From the human T2T-CHM13v2.0 reference genome, Homo sapiens, in NCBI RefSeq assembly GCF_009914755.1, contig NC_060946.1: DNA of 64,000 nucleotides, one strand, 5' to 3'. Below are positions 57,056 through 64,000 of this stretch, piece by piece. Every line of letters starts with the position of its first letter. The first letter of the stretch is position 1. Under the pieces are notes generated by a model, which was not told the DNA's origin, ran no database searches, and worked only from the letters and a program-made list of their open reading frames with translations. The position numbers and the translations under genes are program-made.

Positions 57056-58075
57056 CCTAAACCTGCTTTATTATATCCACCCACATTTTCAAATTTCCAG
57101 CATTTTTATCTGACCTTTAAAGATAGTAAAGAAGTCAGAGTATTTTTAAGTATATAAAAGTAAATAATTACCTCATTAATCAGACAAGACTTTACTATAA
57201 AACCAAATACTTCTGAGTTAACAATATTGAATATTAACATGGTAAAAAGGCATCAGGATGAGTTCTTTTATGGAGAGGTCCTAAAAATATATAATATTGA
57301 AGTGTGTGTGTGACACTGGTAAGTTATATTGCACTCAGAAGTGCTGGGAATTCTTTGAGAGATTGGTTTATATTTGAGAACCTACATGAGTCTAAGATAG
57401 CTCTCATCTTCTTCTAGAAAAGAACAAATGTGAAATAAGACCCCTGTTATTCCTTTAGGTCTTACTGAGATTTCTTCTTTTGCAAGAGGATGTGAGTTTT
57501 CTGTAATAACACCATACTTCGCATTGGATCACTAGGTAGTTATGGACTAATCTAGGGCTGAGGGAGAGATTTTTATGACACACTTTATAATAGACTTTCA
57601 GCGTTTTTCAGAAAGAAAATCCCACTGAGGATACAAAGTTTATATTTTTCTTTGACTGTAACACATCACAATAAAGATGATACTCTGCTGATATTTGAGA
57701 TTCATGTTATCTGCAGGAAAACTTAAAGTGTTTTGTTCTATGTGACAGTGACACTATGTCTAAGAATGCTAAGGCAGAGAAAAATGGAGATTTAGGTAAT
57801 ATTTATATAGATAAGAAAGAAAGTTTAGGCTCATAGTCCAGAAAGTAAACTGCTAATTCTTGCCTAGTATTTTTTTTAAAATTTTTTTAATTCCTTGAGT
57901 CTCCTCAGTTTTGCATGATTTTGACACTGTTTGCAAGACAATTCTACATTATCTCTCCTTGTGTTTTGGTTTGAATTAAAAGTAATTTAGGATAATTTCA
58001 GTTTACCTAAAATTAATGAATCTAATTCTTTACCTGGTAAAAAAAAAATGTGTTGTCTTCCATAATCTGTCCCTC

Positions 58076-58546
58076 TGTAATTATTAATTTTACATGTTAA
58101 GGTCCAGATATTTGGTCAAACACTATTTTGAATTCTGCTGTGAAGGAATTTTTAAGATGATATTAACATGTAAATTAGTAGCCTTTGAGTGAAGCAGATT
58201 AACCTTCATAATCTAGGTGGGCCTCATTTCATCAGGTGAAGCCCTTAATGGTGGGGGGATGGAAAGACTGACCTCTCCTAACATCTTTCTCTCCTGAGGA
58301 AGAGGGAATCTGGCAGCAGACTGCCTTAGACTTGAGCTGCAACATTCATTCTTTCCTGGGTCTCCAGCTTGCTGGTCTATCCTGCAGATTTTGGACTTCC
58401 TAGCCTCTACAATCACATAAGCCAATTTCTTAAAATAAATCTATTTCTCTCTCTCTCTGTCTCTTTCTCCATCCATTCATCCATTCATCCATCTGTCTAC
58501 ACATTTTTTATTGTTTATTTTTCTCTGGAGAAACTTGACAGATACA
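58076..58546 (+). mobile_element. MLT2D-like ERVL LTR
   Basis: ccagatatttggtcaaacact...gtgggcctcatttcatcaggtgaagccctt...ctctggagaaacttgacagataca. Confidence 0.8.
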
Positions 58547-58861
58547 CCATCTGTTTATCAATCATTCTTGAAACAGAAAATTCTACCTATGTATGCACCT
58601 TGACTGGAAAGAGTTTTTGCCAAGTCTGTACTGTACCTAGTTAAGGCATATTTAGAAACATGGCCGTGGGAAAACAAAAAACAGCAAGATTAAAACATAG
58701 AGATATATTATATATCCTAATTCTACAAGGATGGTTCTGGCTTTACTTATGTGTGTATTAAGGTTTTTCTTCTCTTCTTCCACACTATTTTCTTATAGTT
58801 GACATATGGTAATATAGTAAGAAAAAATACACATATATTTCTTCTTGCAATATATATTCAT

Positions 58862-59282
58862 TGGGATGTTTAACACTGAGTGTCAACCTGATTGGATTGA
58901 AGGATGCAAAGTATTGATCCTGGGTGTGTCTGTAAGGGTGTTGCCAAAGAGATTAACATTTGAGTCAGTGGGCTGGGAAAGGCAGACCCACCCTCAATGT
59001 GGGTGGGCACAATCTAATCAGCTGCCAGTGTGGCCAGAATATAAAGCAGGCAGAAAAACGTGAAAAGGCTAGACTGGCTTAGACTCCCATTCTACATCTG
59101 TCTCCCATGCTGAAAATCGGACTCCAAGTTCTTCAGCTTTGGGACTCGGACTGGTTTCCTTGCTCCTTAGCTTGTAGACAGCCTACTGTGGGACCCTGTG
59201 ATCATCTGAGTTAATACTACTCAATAAACTCCCTGAGAATATATATCCTATGCTTTCGCTCTGGAGAACCCTGACTAATACA
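58862..59282 (+). mobile_element. MLT2A solo LTR with 5-bp TSD
   Basis: TG...aacactgagtgtcaacctgattggattgaaggatgcaaag...gagaaccctgactaataCA; TSD ttcat at 58857-58861 and 59283-59287. Confidence 0.9.
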
Positions 59283-59304
59283 TTCATATATACATAGTTT
59301 TAAA

Positions 59305-59600
59305 AAAATATATATATAATATATATTATATATATATAATATATAATATATTATATATGTAATATATATTATATATATATTATATAATATATATATAATA
59401 TAATATATTATATATATAATATATAATATATATAATATATTTATATTATATATATAATATATTATATATTATATATATTATATAAATATATTATATATAT
59501 ATTATATAAATATAATATATTATATATATATTATATAAATATATAATATATTATATATATTATATAAATATATAATATATATATTGTATATGGTAATATA
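59305..59600. repeat. (TA)-rich low-complexity tract
   Basis: Nearly pure A/T degenerate TATATAA/TATAT repeats. Confidence 0.95.
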
Positions 59601-60470
59601 TGTGTATATTGCAATACATGCATGTATACATATGTGTGTATGTTGTATATATGTATATTGCAATATGTATATTGCAGTACATACATATATACATATGTGC
59701 GTACATTGCAATTTTTATATACATATGTATATATAACGCAATTTATATATTGTATATACACATATGTACATATTATGCTTGTATACATACATATATGTTA
59801 TATGTGTATGTATTGTATACATATATGTTATATGTGTATGTATTGTATACATATATGTTATATGTGTGTGTATTGTATACATACATGTTATATGTGTGTG
59901 TATTGTATACATGTTATATGTGTATGTATTTGTATGCATACATACATGTTATATGTGTATGTTTTGTATGCATACATACATGTTATGTGTGTATGTTTTG
60001 TATGCATACATACATGTTATATGTGTATGCATTGTATACATACATGTTATATGTGTACGTATTGTATACATACATATATGTTATATGTGTACGTATTGTA
60101 TACATATGTTATATGTGTACGTATTGTATACATGTTATATGTGTACGTATTGTATACATCTTATATGTGTACGTATTGTATACATACATCTTATATGTGT
60201 ACGTATTGTATACATACATATGTTATATGTGTACGTATTCTATACATACATATGTTGTATGTGTACGTATTCTATACATACATATGTTGTATGTGTACGT
60301 ATTCTATACATACATATGTTGTATGTGTACGTATTCTATACATACATATGTTGTATGTGTACGTATTCTATACATACATATGTTGTATGTGTACGTATTC
60401 TATACATACATATATGTTGTATGTGTATGTATTGTATACATACACATACGTGCATGTATTGCAATCATAT
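59600..60470. repeat. TATG-derived minisatellite, units ~26-34 bp
   Basis: Five perfect 32-bp copies of tatgttgtatgtgtacgtattctatacataca at 60251-60410; ~30-bp variants upstream. Confidence 0.95.
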
Positions 60471-60804
60471 GAAAGCACACACTGTTTCAGTCTCATAAAG
60501 GCAAATGCTAGCAAGAAATTAATTTTACTGTTAAATTTCCAATTATTTTCTAGATCCTGTAGCTCAGGAGCAGCAAAGGATTACAAAGAAACAAAATGCT
60601 ATGTGGGGGAGAGAGTATGAGGATATAAGAGAGCTAGCCTCACAAAAGATGTTTTCTCCTGGCCCATGAGAATAGCAACTGAGAAATATCTCAGAAATAT
60701 CTGAGAGCCTGGAGGTCATCCCTCACAGCACATGAGAAGAGGAAGGGGATGCGGGTTTGCTGTTTTAACATTTGTAGGGCAAATTAGATGTACAAGACTC
60801 ATTC

Positions 60805-61158
60805 TTTTATTATTATTATTATTGTTCTTTAAGTTCTAGGGTACATGTGCACAACGTGCAGGTTTGTTACATATGTATACATGTGCCATGTTGGTGTGCT
60901 GCACCCATTAACTCGTCATTTACATTAGGTATACCTCCTAATGCTATCCCTCCCCCCTCACCCCACCCCATGACAGGCCCTGGTGTGTGATGTTCCCCTT
61001 CCTCTGTCCATGTGTTCTCATTGTTCAATTCCCACCTGTGAGTGAGAACATGCAGTGACTGGTTTTTTTGTCCTTGTGATAGTTTGCTGAGAATGATGGT
61101 TTCCAGCTTCATCCATGTCCCTACAAAGGACATGAACTCATCCTTTTTTATGGCTGCA
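60805..61158 (-). mobile_element. L1PA 3' end (approx. PA5-PA7)
   Basis: (TTA)n tail and L1PA 3'UTR with the GAG (non-Ta) allele; no TSD visible. Confidence 0.88.
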
Positions 61159-61477
61159 AGCGAGGACTGAGTCAGAGAGATGGGGATGGCAGAGGAGACA
61201 AAATGTGGTCAGGGCCGTGTAAGATGTGACCCTGCTGCCATATCTGAAAGAAAGGCTGTTGGTGTTTGTAAAGGCTTTGGGCAAATTGTGCTTTGTAGAC
61301 AAAACTGTAGAAGGGTCTGGGTTTAAGCTTAGTGTCAGCGTGATGAGGACTAGAGGTCGCAGTGAGCTTGTGTTAAGAAATCCACCCTGCACTTCTGGCT
61401 TTGTCTCTTTCCTGGTTTTATAGGTGGTGGGTTCCTCTATGGAATGAACGTGGCTCTGTGGAAGGAACATAGTTAAG

Positions 61478-61625
61478 GTCAGACAGACCTAGATTCCAAG
61501 TTCAGCTTCAACAACTGCTGACCAAGTGACTTTTATGCAAATCAGCCATGTGCTGTCATGAACAGTTTCCTCATGTGTGAAACGGGGCACTGAGGATGTG
61601 AAGGGGTGTCCTGAGGATTCCGCCA
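61478..61625 (+). mobile_element. MIR fragment
   Basis: cagacagacctagattcc...gtgact...cagtttcctcatgtgtgaaacgggg. Confidence 0.55.
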
Positions 61626-61947
61626 GCTGATGCACCATGAAGTGTACATACATGTATAGACAGACACACACACATACATGAGAAGAGTATCTAGTGCCCC
61701 TTTTATGCATTCTTGAGTAACTCAGAATGTTATGTGAGATATTGACAGTCATATGTCATTTTCAACTAAAATTATCAATATTTATCTTATAACTAACAGA
61801 TGCTTCTCTGTACACTGTAGGTTTCATGTACATTTCTTCAATCACAAAATTTTTCACCAATCTATTTATGTCTAGTATCAGAAAGTTAAGCAAGGAGATT
61901 GCAAACCAACACAACACCTTTAGTCTGGATTTTCCCGGAGCCCCATT

Positions 61948-62415
61948 TGTGTTAGTGTCCTCGGGCTACTGTAACAAGTTCTCAAAAATGTGGTAGCTTC
62001 AAACAGCAGGAATGGAATCTCTCATAGTTCAGAAGTCCAGATCAGTTTCACTGGGCTAAGATCTTGGAGTCATCAGTTCTGGCTCCTTCTGAAGCTCTAG
62101 GGGGCAGTCTGATTTAGCTCTTCCAGCTTCTGGTGGCTTCTCTCTCCCGGGATGTGGACACATCACTGCAATCTCTGTCTCTGTGTTCACATTGCCTTCT
62201 CCACTTCAGTCTATGCTAAATGTCTCTCTACCTCTTGGTTTTTTTAGGACACTTGAGTTTGCATTTAAGTCCCAGTTGATTAATCTAAGAATATCTCCCT
62301 GTTTCAAGCTCCTTAATTTACACCTGCAAAAGCTGTTTCCCCAAATGAGATACATGCATAGTCTTCTTGGAATGAAACCTCACTATTTGGGGATGATACT
62401 CAGTACTGCACCATT
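61948..62415 (-). mobile_element. MLT1-family LTR
   Basis: tgtgttagtgtcctcgggctactgtaacaag...tccttctgaagctctagggg...ctcttccagcttctggtggc...cacctgcaaa. Confidence 0.75.
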
Positions 62416-62547
62416 ACATAACCAGGTCTCAGTGTTAGTCCTGTACATACATCACAATCTCTCTCTCTCTCTCTCTCCATACACCCTGGCTTCCTCCTTT
62501 TCTCAATGTCATAAATCTCTTCAATTCCTTAAGTGTATCCAGTGATA

Positions 62548-63397
62548 CCTATGAACAAATAAGTATCTGAGAAAAGTCTCAATCAGTTTAGAAATTTATT
62601 TGGTCAAAGTTAAAGAAATATCAGTGAAACAGCCTCAGGAGGTCTTGAGAACGTGTGTCAAAGGTTGTCGGGCTACAGGTTGGTTTTACACGTTTTAGGG
62701 AGACATAAGATATCAATCAATACGTGTAAGCTGTACATTGCTTTGATATGGAAAGGCAGGACAGCCCGAAGGAGGGGGGATGTTGGGGACTTCCAGGTCA
62801 TAGGTGGATTCAGAGATTTCATAGGTGGTTGAAAGCGTTTATCTAATGACCTGTAATCAACACAAGGGAGTTTCTGGGTTTAGAAAAAGGGTTTTGGAGC
62901 CAAGGTTGCATCATGCAGATGAAGCCTCCAGGTAGCAGGCTTCAGAGAGAATAGATTGTAATTGTTTCTTAGTAGACTTAAAAGGTGCCAAACTCTTAGT
63001 TAAATCTCTCTGGGTCAGGAAAGAGATTTAAAAAGGAATCTCTACAGAATGTAGATTTTTCCCACAAGAACCAGCTTTGCAGAGGCATTTTTAAATACAT
63101 TAAATAACAATATCTTGGGGAAAATACTTTGATTTCTCTTAGGACGTGGTATCTGTCACATTGGTATCTTATTGCTATAAAGAGTTTTCTTTGTCAGTCT
63201 CAAGGTCTCTGTCTTCATATTAAAAGCTGGTCAGTTGTGCCTGAATTTTAAAGGGAAGAGGGTAAGTTCAGGCATATCCAATCATCCGTTCCGATCATGG
63301 ACTGCATTGTATTTCAGGTTGATTTTGGTGTGTCCTTGGTTGAGAGGAGGAGTTCATTCAGTTGGTTAGGGAGCTTAGAGTTTCATTTTTGGTTTAC
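62548..63397 (-). mobile_element. MER4-family (ERV1) solo LTR
   Basis: gtctcaatcagtttagaaatttattt...cagcctcaggaggtc...gatgaagcctccaggtagcaggcttcagagagaataga...tttcatttttggtttac. Confidence 0.8.
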
Positions 63398-64000
63398 TCA
63401 CCTATGTCCAGGTAAGAGGGCCCCACACAGGAGGGCTTGCTCAGAACCTGGCTTGCAGGGCTGCTTACAGACCTTCTATGTCTCCTGTTGTCATGCACAA
63501 GGAAGGACACAGCCAATGACAACCCTCAGCCATCCGGGGAGAAGCTGTGTCTGCAGAGGACGGTCATGAGCTGTGAGTCTAGAGACCTGTGATTGTCTTC
63601 AGGGGCCTGTGGTCCTCAGCTTTCATAGGAGTTGTGGGGGCACTGGCTCAAATAGCATCCACCAGGATTCTAATCAGAATATCTCATTCACAGAAGGCAG
63701 TGGGTGATATGACAGCACAGAGGGACTCTGTGGGGCCAGCTGCATGGAGCACTCTGGGAGAGTCACTGGCACCCGTGCTAGACAGATCTTCATTCAACTT
63801 CTGGAGCACACGGATTTAGATCTCTTTACATCATTTTGAAAGACCATTTATCATTCTGAAGGAAACCACTGTAATTAACTAAGGTAACATCTTTAATAGG
63901 TAGAAAGAAAAAACTGATTATTTTATTGCCAAGATGATTACAAGAAAAGAAACAAACAAAAATAGCATGAAAGAAAGAGCAACACTAGACTGAGGGCTTT

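Noticed and set aside
59520-60620. 290-332 aa Tyr/Ile/Val/Cys-rich ORFs
   Set aside because: Artefacts of the TATG minisatellite.

Overview
Human genomic DNA (it contains a diagnostic L1HS-Ta insertion) with the architecture of a pericentromeric segmental-duplication mosaic. I see no intact protein-coding gene; the long ORFs in the supplied track are repeat shadows, L1 remnants or an RPSA pseudogene. Bases 1-8.7 kb form a GC-rich boundary cassette: a degenerate CAGGG/GGGCA repeat array (with a local strand inversion and a captured Alu/MIR island), REP522-like repeats split by an internal L1M fragment, and an interstitial TAR1 (telomere-associated repeat) CpG island with a 26-bp VNTR and no telomeric hexamer array. 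At ~8.72 kb the sequence switches abruptly to AT-rich, repeat-dense DNA (MIR, L2, MER20, MER58A, Tigger3a, MaLR/ERVL LTRs, AluS, several L1s). Notable elements there are a tail-less L1PA3/4 fragment retaining the ZNF93-binding 129-bp segment, a ~0.4 kb L1HS-Ta insertion with a perfect TSD, a 3'-deleted RPSA processed pseudogene and a polarised AT/GT minisatellite. The last ~3 kb may belong to another duplicon (IGK-locus-like from memory only). The most system-like hypothesis is a displaced TERRA-type TAR1 promoter driving a spliced lncRNA into the neighbouring duplicon; this is inference. I found no support for a wholly new biological system. Repeat family names come from recall of consensus sequences, not a database search, and boundaries of old repeats are approximate.
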